Source: Escherichia coli O157
Lineage (GTDB): Bacteria; Pseudomonadota; Gammaproteobacteria; Enterobacterales; Enterobacteriaceae
Strand: one strand, 5' to 3'
NCBI RefSeq assembly: GCF_008727195.1
Contig: NZ_CP044148.1
Length of the DNA: 24,000 nt
A program made the translations under genes and the position numbers. This document shows, piece after piece, positions 10,699-21,784 of this stretch (the stretch's first letter is position 1; the number at the start of each line of letters is the position of its first letter). The notes beneath the pieces were generated by a model. The model searched no databases and was not told the origin of the DNA. It saw nothing but the letters and a program-made list of their open reading frames with translations.

Positions 10699-11520
10699 TT
10701 AGATCCCATCCCCATACTCAAATGTATGGTTAATACCGTTGAAATGCTGGTCCATATCCATTGATGGCTTATCGCTGTCTGGTTTACCGACAATACGAGC
10801 CGGAACGCCAGCGGCGGTTGTATGCGGCGGCACCGGTTGCAGCACCACGGAACCTGCGCCAATCTTCGCGCCGCGACCAACTTCAATATTGCCGAGGATT
10901 TTCGCGCCCGCGCCAATCATCACACCTTCACGAATTTTCGGGTGACGGTCACCACCAGATTTACCCGTACCGCCAAGCGTCACAGATTGCAGAATCGATA
11001 CGTCGTTTTCAATTACCGCCGTTTCACCCACAACGATGCCCGTGGCGTGGTCGAGCATAATGCCACGGCCAATTTTTGCTGCCGGGTGAATATCGACCTG
11101 GAACGTCACAGAAACCTGGTTTTGCAGAAAGATTGCCAATGCGCGACGCCCCTGATTCCACAACCAGTGACCGATGCGATAGGCCTGCAAGGCATGAAAA
11201 CCCTTCAGGTATAACAACGGGGTTGAGTATTTATCGACTGCCGGGTCGCGGGTACGCACCGCCTGAATATCACAGGCCGCAGAGGCGATCATTTCCGGGT
11301 CAGCGGCGTAGGCTTCTTCCACCACTTCACGGATAGCAATAGCAGGCATAATTGGCGATGACAGCTTGTTCGCCAGCATGTAGCTCAGTGCACTACCAAG
11401 GTTTTCGTGCTTGAGTAGCGTCGCGTGGTAAAAACTGGCCAGCATTGGCTCACAGTCCGCCAGCGTTCTGGCTTCGGCTTTAATATTGTTCCAGACAATT
11501 TCCAGTTCTTCACACGACAT
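10699..11520 (-). CDS. cysE: Serine O-acetyltransferase CysE
   Basis: 273 aa with left-handed beta-helix hexapeptide repeats; characteristic MSCEELEIVWNNIKAEARTLADCEPMLASFYH and C-term HTFEYGDGI. Confidence 0.97.
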   Translation of the reverse strand: MSCEELEIVWNNIKAEARTLADCEPMLASFYHATLLKHENLGSALSYMLANKLSSPIMPAIAIREVVEEAYAADPEMIASAACDIQAVRTRDPAVDKYSTPLLYLKGFHALQAYRIGHWLWNQGRRALAIFLQNQVSVTFQVDIHPAAKIGRGIMLDHATGIVVGETAVIENDVSILQSVTLGGTGKSGGDRHPKIREGVMIGAGAKILGNIEVGRGAKIGAGSVVLQPVPPHTTAAGVPARIVGKPDSDKPSMDMDQHFNGINHTFEYGDGI

Positions 11521-11544
11521 TGCTTACTCCACACGATGAGATAA

Positions 11545-11574
11545 TGACCGGCCCGTTCTGCGCGGGCCGGGTCA
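11545..11574. other. GC-rich stem-loop in the gpsA-cysE intergenic region
   Basis: TGAC-CGGCCCG ttctgcg CGGGCCG-g-GTCA; no adjacent U-tract on the minus strand. Confidence 0.45.
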
Positions 11575-11599
11575 TAGCGGTAACAAAGGTTCCCTGGGG

Positions 11600-12619
11600 T
11601 TAGTGGCTGCTGCGCTCGTCCTTGCGTGCACGACCTAATAACGTCAATGCTGCCTCGCGCGCGTTTTTTCCGCAATATAATACTTGATAAATTTCCTCGG
11701 TTATTGGCATTTCTACGCCGAAGCGATGCGCCAGTTCGCGGACTTCTTTCGTATTGCGGTAGCCTTCCACCACCTGACCAATCTTCTCCTGCGCGCTTTG
11801 TACATCCATGCCCTGACCGAGCATCATGCCAAAACGGCGGTTACGCGACTGGTTGTCGGTACAAGTAAGCACAAGATCGCCCAGCCCCGCCATGCCCATA
11901 AAGGTGGCAGGATCGGCACCCAGCGCCGCGCCAAGACGCGACATTTCAGCCAGCCCACGGGTGATCAGTGCCGTACGCGCATTCGCACCAAAACCGATAC
12001 CGTCGGACATCCCCGCGCCAATGGCAATGACGTTTTTCACCGCACCGCCAAGCTGCACGCCAATGAAATCCGGATTGCTGTAAACGCGGAAACTTTTGCC
12101 GCAGTGCAGCAGCTGCTGGAGATCATCGGCAAAGGTCTGATCGGTCGAGGCCAGCGAAATAGCTGTCGGTAAACCTGCCGCCAGTTCTTTCGCAAACGTT
12201 GGGCCAGAGATAACCGCCAGCGGAATTTGATCGCCTAAGGCCTCACGCGCCACGTCCTGTAACAGACGTCCGGTTTCCGCTTCCAGCCCTTTGGTCGCCC
12301 ACACCAGACGCGCATCAGGACGCATCAGCGGTTTAATCTGGCGCAGCACTTCACCAAAGACATGGCTGGGTACGACGACGAGAATATTACGGCTGGCTGC
12401 CAGCGCAGTGGCGAGATCGCTTTCAAGATGGAGCGTATCGGGAAAAGGCACATCGGGGAGAAACGCGGCGTTACAGCGGTCGCGTTCAAGCGTTGCGATA
12501 TGTTCAGGGTCATGGCCCCAGAGGACAACCTCGTGGCCATTTCTTGCCAGGGTGATGGCAAGAGCGGTGCCGTACGAGCCGGCACCGATCACAGTCATTG
12601 AAGCATTACGTTGGTTCAT
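11600..12619 (-). CDS. gpsA: Glycerol-3-phosphate dehydrogenase (NAD(P)+) GpsA
   Basis: 339 aa with N-terminal Rossmann motif [20 protein letters not shown]. Confidence 0.97.
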   Translation of the reverse strand: MNQRNASMTVIGAGSYGTALAITLARNGHEVVLWGHDPEHIATLERDRCNAAFLPDVPFPDTLHLESDLATALAASRNILVVVPSHVFGEVLRQIKPLMRPDARLVWATKGLEAETGRLLQDVAREALGDQIPLAVISGPTFAKELAAGLPTAISLASTDQTFADDLQQLLHCGKSFRVYSNPDFIGVQLGGAVKNVIAIGAGMSDGIGFGANARTALITRGLAEMSRLGAALGADPATFMGMAGLGDLVLTCTDNQSRNRRFGMMLGQGMDVQSAQEKIGQVVEGYRNTKEVRELAHRFGVEMPITEEIYQVLYCGKNAREAALTLLGRARKDERSSH

Positions 12620-13086
12620 CAGGCATCCTGATGTTCTTCAGTACCTTCGCCAGCCTGCTGCTGCAAATAGTTCATGAACAGCGCATCGAAGTTAACCGGC
12701 GCAAGGTTCAGTTGCGGGAATGTACCGCGGGATACCATGCTGGTGATGCACTCACGAGCATACGGGAACAGAATGTTCGGGCAGTATGCGCCCAGGCAAT
12801 GTGCCATCTGGGTGCCTTCGATACCCGCGATGGAGAAAATACCGCCCTGCTGAACTTCACACAGGAACGCGGTTTCTTCGCCCAGGGAGGCCGTTACGGT
12901 AACACGCAGTACCACTTCGTATACGTCATCTGCCAGTTGGGAAGATGCCGTATCCAGATCAAGTTTAACTTCTGGTTGCCAATCTTTCTGGAAAACGTGC
13001 GGCGCGTTCGGCGCTTCGAAAGAGATATCCTTGGTATAAATACGTTGGATCTGGAAAGTCATTTCAGTGTTGTTTTGTTCTGACAT
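12619..13086 (-). CDS. secB: Protein-export chaperone SecB
   Basis: 155 aa [46 protein letters not shown]; stop overlaps the gpsA start (TGATG). Confidence 0.97.
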
Positions 13087-13148
13087 GTGTAGAAAACCCT
13101 TAAGTGTTGTCCTTAAATACTGCGCAATGTAATGCCAACGTTCACACG

Positions 13149-13400
13149 TTATTTCAGCAGGGGATCCAGTCCACCACGTGCATCCAATGCATACAAGTCA
13201 TCACAGCCGCCAATGTGCTGTGCGTCAATAAAAATCTGGGGAACCGTGGTGCGACCGCTGCGTTTGATCATCTCTTCACGCTTGGCGGCATTGCCATCGA
13301 TCGGCAACTCCTGAAAACTCACGCCCTTGCTGCTCAGCAGTGCTTTTGCACGATGGCAATACGGGCAGGTTTCTTTGGTATAGATTTCAACATTGGCCAT
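13149..13400 (-). CDS. grxC: Glutaredoxin 3 GrxC
   Basis: 83 aa with CPYC active site: [27 protein letters not shown]. Confidence 0.97.
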
Positions 13401-13541
13401 AATTTAGCTCCTGTTTTTTTACCCTGAAATTTCATGTTGCAGGGCGGCTGCAAAATGGAGTGTCCCCAGAAGCTTATAACAATAAGTCGCTGGGGGCCTA
13501 ATTGCAGCTAACGGCCTGCATCATGAAAGACGACAGGTAAA

Positions 13542-13973
13542 TTATTTGCCGCGCACCAAAGGCAAGTTTTCGCCAGCCCAGCCAGCGACGCCTTCTTTCA
13601 GCACGAATACTTGCGCAAAACCAGCTTTCGTCAGTGCGTTTGCAGGCTCCTGGCACTGCATGCCAGAACCGTCTACCACGATAACCGGTTTGTCTTTGTG
13701 CTTCTCAAGCTCACCAACATTGTTGGCTTTGATTTCGCTCGGCAACAGATTGATAGAACCTGCGATATGGCCTTTACGGAAGTCATCACGCTGACGTAAA
13801 TCCACAACCACAGCGTCTTCTTTGTTGATCAGACGCGTAGCTTCACCACGAGTAATCACCTTCACTTTCGAGGTCAGGCTCTTAAACGTAGTCACAAGAA
13901 CCGCCACCAGTAACGCGATCCAGGCGATACTCAGTATGGGATGACGGCCAACAAATTGCATAATTTCTTGCAT
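13542..13973 (-). CDS. yibN: Membrane-anchored rhodanese-domain protein YibN
   Basis: 143 aa from [12 protein letters not shown]; N-terminal TM segment plus rhodanese-like domain with CQE loop. Track start at 13985 adds 4 aa. Confidence 0.9.
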
Positions 13974-14217
13974 GGGGGGTAACAACTCCCGACGTAGTGA
14001 TTAAAAAAACCAGGAAAGGAGTATACCTGCGCGGTGCGGCAAATACAGCCAGCGCGTTAACTGGAATGCAATTTTGCGGGGCACGACGAAAAAAAAGCGC
14101 AAATCTGGCATCGGCTTGCCGCGAGCGGTCGTATATTTTGATCTTCAGAGGCTATTTTATCGATTCAGCTGTAGTAAAATTACGCAAATTTTGACTCTTG
14201 AGTATGAGGTTGTCGCA

Positions 14218-15762
14218 ATGTCGGTTTCTAAAAAACCTATGGTACTGGTGATTCTGGATGGCTATGGCTATCGTGAAGAACAGCAGGATAACGCCATTTT
14301 TAGTGCTAAAACCCCGGTAATGGATGCACTGTGGGCCAATCGTCCGCATACCCTGATCGACGCTTCCGGTCTGGAAGTCGGTCTGCCTGACCGTCAGATG
14401 GGTAACTCCGAAGTAGGCCACGTTAACCTGGGTGCCGGCCGCATCGTGTATCAGGACCTGACTCGTCTGGACGTTGAAATCAAAGATCGCGCTTTCTTTG
14501 CTAATCCAGTGCTGACTGGCGCGGTAGATAAAGCGAAAAACGCAGGTAAAGCAGTACACATTATGGGTCTGCTCTCCGCAGGCGGCGTACACAGCCACGA
14601 AGATCACATCATGGCGATGGTAGAACTGGCAGCTGAACGCGGCGCAGAAAAAATCTACCTGCACGCATTCCTTGACGGTCGCGACACCCCGCCGCGCAGT
14701 GCTGAATCCTCGCTGAAAAAATTTGAAGAGAAATTTGCTGCGCTGGGTAAAGGCCGCGTAGCGTCCATCATTGGTCGTTACTACGCGATGGACCGCGATA
14801 ACCGTTGGGATCGCGTTGAAAAAGCCTATGACCTGCTGACTCTGGCGCAGGGTGAGTTCCAGGCCGATACTGCCGTTGCTGGTTTGCAGGCAGCTTATGC
14901 TCGCGACGAAAACGACGAGTTCGTGAAAGCGACCGTTATTCGTGCAGAAGGTCAGCCAGATGCGGCAATGGAAGACGGCGATGCGCTGATTTTCATGAAC
15001 TTCCGTGCTGACCGCGCGCGCGAAATCACTCGTGCATTCGTAAACGCAGATTTCGACGGCTTCGCGCGTAAGAAAGTGGTTAACGTCGATTTCGTGATGC
15101 TGACCGAATACGCCGCTGACATCAAAACTGCGGTTGCTTACCCACCCGCTTCCCTGGTTAACACCTTCGGCGAGTGGATGGCGAAAAACGACAAAACTCA
15201 GTTGCGTATTTCCGAAACCGAAAAATATGCCCACGTTACTTTCTTCTTCAACGGTGGCGTAGAAGAGTCGTTCAAAGGCGAAGATCGCATTCTGATCAAC
15301 TCACCGAAAGTGGCTACCTACGATCTGCAACCGGAAATGAGCTCCGCAGAGCTGACCGAAAAACTGGTTGCGGCCATCAAGAGCGGCAAATACGACACCA
15401 TTATCTGTAACTATCCGAACGGCGACATGGTAGGTCACACCGGGGTGATGGAAGCGGCGGTTAAAGCGGTTGAAGCACTGGATCACTGCGTGGAAGAAGT
15501 CGCGAAAGCGGTTGAGTCCGTGGGTGGACAACTGCTGATCACCGCTGACCACGGTAACGCTGAACAGATGCGCGATCCGGCAACGGGTCAGGCACACACG
15601 GCACACACCAACCTGCCAGTTCCGCTGATTTACGTTGGTGATAAGAACGTGAAAGCGGTTGCAGGCGGCAAACTTTCTGACATCGCGCCGACCATGTTGT
15701 CGCTGATGGGTATGGAAATCCCGCAAGAGATGACTGGTAAGCCGCTGTTCATCGTGGAATAA
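14218..15762 (+). CDS. gpmM: 2,3-bisphosphoglycerate-independent phosphoglycerate mutase GpmM
   Basis: 514 aa from [21 protein letters not shown]; alkaline-phosphatase superfamily motifs ([19 protein letters not shown]). The upstream in-frame extension (14074) is unlikely coding. Confidence 0.96.
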
Positions 15763-15795
15763 TCCCTCCCCATGAGGGGAAAGGCGATTAATACC

Positions 15796-17055
15796 ATGAC
15801 ACGGGCCGTGAAACCGCGCAGGTTTGCAATCAGGCCCATCATCTACGCCAGCGTTCTTAGCGCTGGCGTATTGTTGTGCGCCTTTTCCGCCCACGCGGAT
15901 GAGCGTGACCAACTCAAATCTATTCAGGCCGATATCGCCGCAAAAGAGCGCGCGGTACGCCAAAAGCAACAACAACGCGCAAGCCTGCTCGCACAATTGA
16001 AAAAGCAGGAAGAAGCGATCTCTGAAGCCACCCGTAAGCTGCGCGAAACGCAAAACACGCTCAATCAACTCAATAAACAGATTGATGAGATGAACGCGTC
16101 GATTGCCAAACTGGAGCAGCAAAAAGCCGCCCAGGAGCGCAGCCTCGCCGCACAACTGGATGCCGCATTCCGTCAGGGCGAGCATACCGGTATTCAGCTG
16201 ATTCTCAGCGGTGAAGAAAGCCAGCGTGGACAGCGTTTACAGGCTTATTTCGGCTATCTCAACCAGGCGCGACAAGAAACCATTGCCCAGTTGAAGCAAA
16301 CGCGTGAAGAAGTCGCCATGCAGCGTGCTGAACTGGAAGAGAAACAGAGCGAGCAACAAACGCTGTTATATGAGCAGCGCGCCCAACAGGCGAAACTGAC
16401 TCAGGCGCTGAACGAGCGTAAAAAGACGCTGGCAGGGCTGGAGTCTTCCATCCAGCAAGGTCAGCAACAGTTGAGCGAGCTGCGCGCCAACGAATCCCGT
16501 CTGCGTAACAGCATTGCCCGTGCGGAAGCCGCGGCGAAAGCGCGTGCAGAACGAGAAGCACGTGAGGCCCAGGCGGTTCGCGACCGCCAGAAAGAAGCGA
16601 CGCGCAAAGGCACCACCTACAAACCGACCGAAAGCGAAAAATCGCTGATGTCCCGAACTGGTGGCCTGGGGGCGCCGCGTGGTCAGGCATTCTGGCCGGT
16701 TCGCGGGCCGACGCTGCATCGCTATGGTGAACAGCTACAGGGCGAACTACGCTGGAAAGGAATGGTTATCGGTGCCTCTGAAGGTACTGAAGTTAAAGCG
16801 ATTGCCGATGGTCGGGTGATTCTGGCTGACTGGCTGCAAGGTTACGGTCTGGTGGTGGTGGTTGAGCACGGTAAAGGCGACATGAGTCTTTACGGCTATA
16901 ATCAGAGCGCACTGGTGAGCGTTGGTTCGCAGGTTCGCGCGGGCCAGCCAATTGCACTGGTGGGCAGCAGTGGCGGTCAGGGTCGGCCTTCACTCTATTT
17001 CGAAATTCGCCGCCAAGGTCAGGCGGTCAATCCACAGCCGTGGTTGGGAAGATAA
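15796..17055 (+). CDS. envC: Murein hydrolase activator EnvC (signal peptide, coiled coils, LytM-like domain)
   Basis: 419 aa from MTRAVKPRRFAIRPIIYASVLSAG; C-terminal degenerate M23/LytM domain. Confidence 0.93.
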   Translation: MTRAVKPRRFAIRPIIYASVLSAGVLLCAFSAHADERDQLKSIQADIAAKERAVRQKQQQRASLLAQLKKQEEAISEATRKLRETQNTLNQLNKQIDEMNASIAKLEQQKAAQERSLAAQLDAAFRQGEHTGIQLILSGEESQRGQRLQAYFGYLNQARQETIAQLKQTREEVAMQRAELEEKQSEQQTLLYEQRAQQAKLTQALNERKKTLAGLESSIQQGQQQLSELRANESRLRNSIARAEAAAKARAEREAREAQAVRDRQKEATRKGTTYKPTESEKSLMSRTGGLGAPRGQAFWPVRGPTLHRYGEQLQGELRWKGMVIGASEGTEVKAIADGRVILADWLQGYGLVVVVEHGKGDMSLYGYNQSALVSVGSQVRAGQPIALVGSSGGQGRPSLYFEIRRQGQAVNPQPWLGR

Positions 17056-17058
17056 GTT

Positions 17059-18018
17059 TTGTTTCCATTTCGTCGTAACGTTCTTGCATTTGCCGCTCTG
17101 TTGGCGCTCTCCTCCCCCGTACTTGCTGGCAAACTTGCCATCGTCATTGATGATTTTGGGTATCGCCCGCACAACGAAAACCAGGTGCTGGCGATGCCCT
17201 CCGCTATCTCCGTCGCTGTATTACCCGATTCACCGCACGCCAGAGAGATGGCGACCAAAGCGCATAACAGCGGGCACGAAGTGTTGATTCATCTCCCGAT
17301 GGCACCACTGAGTAAACAGCCGCTGGAGAAAAATACGCTGCGCCCGGAGATGAGCAGCGACGAAATTGAGCGCATTATTCGTAGTGCGGTCAATAACGTG
17401 CCCTATGCCGTGGGGATCAACAACCACATGGGTAGCAAGATGACCTCTAACCTGTTTGGTATGCAGAAAGTGATGCAGGCACTGGAGCGTTACAATCTTT
17501 ACTTCCTCGACAGCGTAACCATCGGTAATACCCAGGCGATGCGCGCCGCGCAAGGTACTGGCGTGAAGGTGATCAAACGGAAGGTGTTCCTCGACGATTC
17601 GCAGAACGAAGCGGACATCCGTGTGCAATTTAATCGCGCAATTGATCTGGCGCGTCGCAACGGTTCAACCATTGCCATTGGGCATCCTCACCCTTCAACG
17701 GTACGCGTGCTACAACAGATGGTTTATAACCTGCCGCCAGACATTACGCTGGTGAAAGCCAGCAGCTTGCTGAATGAACCGCAGGTTGATACTTCTACAC
17801 CGCCGAAAAACGCTGTGCCTGATGCACCGCGTAATCCGTTCCGTGGCGTGAAGCTGTGCAAACCGAAGAAACCGATAGAACCTGTTTATGCTAATCGCTT
17901 CTTTGAAGTATTAAGCGAAAGCATCAGCCAGAGCACGCTGATCGTTTACTTCCAGCATCAGTGGCAAGGCTGGGGCAAACAGCCCGAAGCGGCGAAGTTT
18001 AACGCTAGCGCAAATTAA
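17059..18018 (+). CDS. yibQ: Divergent polysaccharide deacetylase family protein YibQ
   Basis: 319 aa, signal peptide followed by KLAIVIDDFGYRPHNENQVLAMP; 3 nt after the envC stop. Confidence 0.92.
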   Translation: MFPFRRNVLAFAALLALSSPVLAGKLAIVIDDFGYRPHNENQVLAMPSAISVAVLPDSPHAREMATKAHNSGHEVLIHLPMAPLSKQPLEKNTLRPEMSSDEIERIIRSAVNNVPYAVGINNHMGSKMTSNLFGMQKVMQALERYNLYFLDSVTIGNTQAMRAAQGTGVKVIKRKVFLDDSQNEADIRVQFNRAIDLARRNGSTIAIGHPHPSTVRVLQQMVYNLPPDITLVKASSLLNEPQVDTSTPPKNAVPDAPRNPFRGVKLCKPKKPIEPVYANRFFEVLSESISQSTLIVYFQHQWQGWGKQPEAAKFNASAN

Positions 18019-18023
18019 AGGCG

Positions 18024-19040
18024 CTACGCGTAATGCGATGGTGCGACCGCGTTTTTTTCGCGCCATTGCCATAAGCGGAAAGACCACAGTAACGCCTGGT
18101 AACCGACCTTCACGCTGCGCACATTGGTAATCAGGCGCTTATACATACCGGAAGTAAATATCTCGGCAATCATCCGTTGGCGGGTAAGAATATCCGGCTC
18201 TTTGCGCACCGCATGGCAAACACGCAATGCTTCGTAAGTTATTTGCTGATGAAATTCCGGATAAATCATAATTTTGTCGGCATAATTTCGATTTAATTTC
18301 TCCAGCAGGCGGGTAATCTTAATATAGTGACGTTGATAATTAAGGTTTTTATTCCCTTGTCTATGCAACCGACTCACTGACGTATTATGCAGATAATATT
18401 TATATAATGATTGCTCGGTATATCGCGCACGCAGCGCGTTAAACATGAATTCTGTTGTCCAGACAATATCCTGATGATGTAATCCGGCAATAAATTTAAT
18501 GTTATTTTTAACAATAACATCACGGCGATAAACCCCCATCCAGACAACGTGAGTCCAACGGCGCGAAGAAAGCCCCATCCGCAGCCAGTCCGGGCCGGTT
18601 AATACACCGGTTGAGCGAAGGCGATCGCTGGGGATGGATTGCCAGGTTTCTCCCGTTTCACGAAAAGACCAGTCAGCGTTGCACTGCGCCACGTCGAGGT
18701 CGTCCTCTAACGCCATGGTCATCAGCGTTTCGTACATGGTGGGATAGACCTCATCGTCAGCATCGACAAAAGCGACATATTTGCCCGTCGCCACCTCGAT
18801 CCCACGATTACGCGCTACCGATGCGCCAGCATTCGCCTGATGCAACAAACGAACGTGCGGATAGTTTTCTGCGTAATGCTTTGCTATTTCAACAGAATTA
18901 TCCGTTGAACCATCGTTAATAATAATGATTTCCAGAGCAGTCCAGGTTTGCGTAATTAAAGATTCCATACAAGTGCGGAAATCATCGCCCGCATTATATA
19001 ACGGAATAATAACACTAAGTTTATTGGTGCTGTTCATCAT
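18024..19040 (-). CDS. waaH: LPS core glycosyltransferase WaaH (YibD), GT2 family, with an apparently frameshifted C-terminus
   Basis: 338 aa, KLSVIIPLYNAGDDFRTCMESLITQTWTALEIIIINDGSTDNS GT-A fold. The last 10 residues after ...WQWRE (KNAVAPSHYA) come from a shifted frame; removing one A gives WQWREKTRSHHRITRSAFNLR and 344 aa. Confidence 0.9.
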   Translation of the reverse strand: MMNSTNKLSVIIPLYNAGDDFRTCMESLITQTWTALEIIIINDGSTDNSVEIAKHYAENYPHVRLLHQANAGASVARNRGIEVATGKYVAFVDADDEVYPTMYETLMTMALEDDLDVAQCNADWSFRETGETWQSIPSDRLRSTGVLTGPDWLRMGLSSRRWTHVVWMGVYRRDVIVKNNIKFIAGLHHQDIVWTTEFMFNALRARYTEQSLYKYYLHNTSVSRLHRQGNKNLNYQRHYIKITRLLEKLNRNYADKIMIYPEFHQQITYEALRVCHAVRKEPDILTRQRMIAEIFTSGMYKRLITNVRSVKVGYQALLWSFRLWQWREKNAVAPSHYA

Positions 19041-19246
19041 AAATTACCGACGACCTCTGAAGTTATCCTGACGTTTTACAGGCTTTGTATTAAGAAACTA
19101 TTAAGCCTGTGAGATATTATTTTTACAGGTGAGAGAGTCACTTCAGGGTAGAGAGATAATGAGAACAGCTATATAAAAGATCAGCGCAATTACGAACTCT
19201 TTATTACACTGACAGGATTTTACATATTTAACAGATTATCCTCAGG

Positions 19247-19273
19247 CAAAAGGGCTGGAATACCAGCCCTTTT
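19247..19273 (-). terminator. Rho-independent terminator downstream of tdh, possibly bidirectional
   Basis: GGGCTGG aata CCAGCCC flanked by AAAA and TTTTT. Confidence 0.85.
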
Positions 19274-19278
19274 TCGTG

Positions 19279-20304
19279 TTAATCCCAGCTCAGAATAACT
19301 TTCCCGGACTGGCCCGAACACATAGCGTCAAAGCCCTTCTGGAAATCATCGATAGAGAAACGATGGGTAATGATCGGCGAGAGATCGAGGCCAGACTGAA
19401 TCAGCGCCGCCATCTTGTACCAGGTTTCAAACATCTCACGACCGTAAATGCCTTTAATGAACAAGCCTTTAAAGATCACTTTGGTCCAGTCGATAGACAT
19501 GTCAGACGGTGGAATACCCAGCATCGCAATACGACCGCCGTGGTTCATGGTATCGAGCATGGTACGAAACGCTGGCGGCGCGCCGGACATTTCCAGACCG
19601 ACATCAAAGCCTTCGGTCATGCCCAGTTCAGCCATCACATCATTAAGGTTTTCTTTCGCGACGTTAACCGCACGGGTGATACCCATTTTGCGCGCCAGCT
19701 CAAGGCGGTATTCGTTAACATCGGTGATCACCACATTGCGTGCACCAACGTGTTTCGCCACCGCCGCAGCCATAATACCTATCGGACCTGCACCAGAAAC
19801 CAGCACATCTTCGCCCACCAGATCGAACGACAGCGCGGTATGCACGGCGTTACCGAAGGGATCAAAAATGGAAGCCAGGTCGTCGGAGATATTGTCGGGG
19901 ATTTTGAAAGCGTTGAACGCCGGAATCACCAGATATTCGGCGAAGCAGCCCGGACGGTTAACACCGACACCAATGGTGTTGCGGCACAGATGGGTACGAC
20001 CGCCACGACAGTTGCGACAGTGACCGCAGGTGATATGGCCTTCGCCAGAAACGCGATCGCCGATTTTGAAGCCTTTCACTTCCTGACCAATACCTACCAC
20101 TTCACCGACATATTCATGGCCTACGACCATCGGCACCGGGATGGTTTTTTGCGACCACTCATCCCAGTTATAGATGTGAACGTCAGTCCCGCAGATGGCT
20201 GTTTTACGGATTTTAATCAGCAGATCGTTATGCCCGAGTTCCGGTACAGGAACGTCGGTCATCCAGATGCCCTCTTCCGCTTTCAGTTTGGATAACGCTT
20301 TCAT
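19279..20304 (-). CDS. tdh: L-threonine 3-dehydrogenase
   Basis: 341 aa zinc-dependent medium-chain dehydrogenase; [15 protein letters not shown] and CGHCRNC motifs. Confidence 0.97.
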   Translation of the reverse strand: MKALSKLKAEEGIWMTDVPVPELGHNDLLIKIRKTAICGTDVHIYNWDEWSQKTIPVPMVVGHEYVGEVVGIGQEVKGFKIGDRVSGEGHITCGHCRNCRGGRTHLCRNTIGVGVNRPGCFAEYLVIPAFNAFKIPDNISDDLASIFDPFGNAVHTALSFDLVGEDVLVSGAGPIGIMAAAVAKHVGARNVVITDVNEYRLELARKMGITRAVNVAKENLNDVMAELGMTEGFDVGLEMSGAPPAFRTMLDTMNHGGRIAMLGIPPSDMSIDWTKVIFKGLFIKGIYGREMFETWYKMAALIQSGLDLSPIITHRFSIDDFQKGFDAMCSGQSGKVILSWD

Positions 20305-20313
20305 CTCACATCC

Positions 20314-21510
20314 TCAGGCGATAACGCCCAGTTGTTTACCAATACGCGTGAATGCTTCTACTGCACGCGTAATTTGCTCAGGGGTATGCGCCGCAGACAT
20401 CTGGGTACGAATACGCGCCTGACCTTTCGGAACGACCGGATAGAAGAAACCGGTGACGTAAATGCCCTCTTTTTGCAGCTCACGGGCAAATTTCTGCGCC
20501 ACTACTGCATCGCCAAGCATGACCGGAATAATGGCATGATCGGCTCCCGCCAGGGTAAAGCCCGCCGCCGACATTTGCTCACGGAACTGGCGCGCGTTCG
20601 CCCACAGACGGTCACGCAGTTCGCTGCCCGCTTCGACCATCTCCAGTACTTTGATGGACGCGGCAACAATGGCCGGTGCCAGCGAGTTGGAGAACAGGTA
20701 CGGACGAGAACGCTGGCGCAGCCACTCAACCACCTCTTTGCGCGCCGCGGTATAACCACCAGAAGCCCCGCCCAGCGCTTTACCAAGCGTACCGGTGATA
20801 ATATCGACCCGGCCCATCACATCGCAGTATTCATGGGAACCACGACCATTTTCACCGACAAAACCGACCGCGTGGGAGTCATCCACCATCACCAGGGCAT
20901 CGTATTTATCTGCCAGATCGCAAACGCCTTTCAGGTTGGCAATCACGCCGTCCATTGAGAACACACCATCGGTGGCAATCAGCACATGACGCGCACCGGC
21001 TTCACGCGCTTCTTTCAGACGTGCTTCCAGCTCCTGCATATCGTTGTTGGCATAGCGATAGCGTTTAGCTTTGCACAGACGCACACCATCAATAATAGAC
21101 GCGTGGTTCAGTGCGTCGGAGATAATGGCGTCTTCCGCACCCAGCAGCGTTTCAAACAGTCCACCGTTAGCATCAAAGCAGGAAGAGTAGAGAATCGCAT
21201 CTTCCATCCCCAGGAATGCCGCCAGTTTTTGTTCAAGCTCTTTATGGCTGTCCTGAGTGCCGCAAATAAAACGCACCGAAGCCATGCCGAAACCGTGAGA
21301 ATCCATTCCCGCCTTTGCTGCCGCAATCAGATCCGGATGATTCGCCAGCCCGAGATAGTTGTTGGCACAAAAGTTAATGACGTGGCTTCCATCAGCCACA
21401 GTGATATCTGCTTGCTGCGCAGACGTAATAATGCGCTCTTCTTTAAACAACCCTTCCGCCCGTGCGGTTTCCAGATCGTTGGTTAACTGCTGATAAAATT
21501 CTCCACGCAT
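20314..21510 (-). CDS. kbl: 2-amino-3-ketobutyrate CoA ligase
   Basis: 398 aa PLP-dependent alpha-oxoamine synthase; adjacent to tdh (9-nt gap). Confidence 0.97.
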   Translation of the reverse strand: MRGEFYQQLTNDLETARAEGLFKEERIITSAQQADITVADGSHVINFCANNYLGLANHPDLIAAAKAGMDSHGFGMASVRFICGTQDSHKELEQKLAAFLGMEDAILYSSCFDANGGLFETLLGAEDAIISDALNHASIIDGVRLCKAKRYRYANNDMQELEARLKEAREAGARHVLIATDGVFSMDGVIANLKGVCDLADKYDALVMVDDSHAVGFVGENGRGSHEYCDVMGRVDIITGTLGKALGGASGGYTAARKEVVEWLRQRSRPYLFSNSLAPAIVAASIKVLEMVEAGSELRDRLWANARQFREQMSAAGFTLAGADHAIIPVMLGDAVVAQKFARELQKEGIYVTGFFYPVVPKGQARIRTQMSAAHTPEQITRAVEAFTRIGKQLGVIA

Positions 21511-21712
21511 TGCGATTCTCCAGACAGGGCAAATTCCAGCACATATTACCCAAACTTATAGGTCGCGACGAGATGACGCGTTAACTCTTCTGCAAAATTC
21601 AGGATAAATGACGTGTAACTTGATGTCTCTCAACACCTACAGATAGTAGAAAAACTGTACAGTTTTGGCTGGGCATAATGATGATTGATTTTACTGCATT
21701 GATATAAAAAGA

Positions 21713-21738
21713 AAAAATGATGCCAAAGCATCATTTTT
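21713..21738. terminator. Hairpin with A/T flanks between divergent kbl and the 3' end of htrL; rho-independent terminator-like, possibly for htrL
   Basis: AAAAATGATGC caaa GCATCATTTTT, a perfect 11-bp stem. Confidence 0.7.
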
Positions 21739-21784
21739 CCTATCTCAGTTGGTATCAAAACGCTACCCACTAATGGAGGGAAAC

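Noticed and set aside
14074-14217. N-terminally extended gpmM (562-aa ORF)
   Set aside because: The extension is low-complexity and intergenic in character, and [15 protein letters not shown] at 14218 gives the expected 514 aa.
19041-19250. Pho box upstream of waaH
   Set aside because: waaH is reported to be PhoB-controlled, and CTGTAAAAATAAT-like sequence occurs on the minus strand. I could not align two convincing 7-bp direct repeats with correct spacing, so no site is called.
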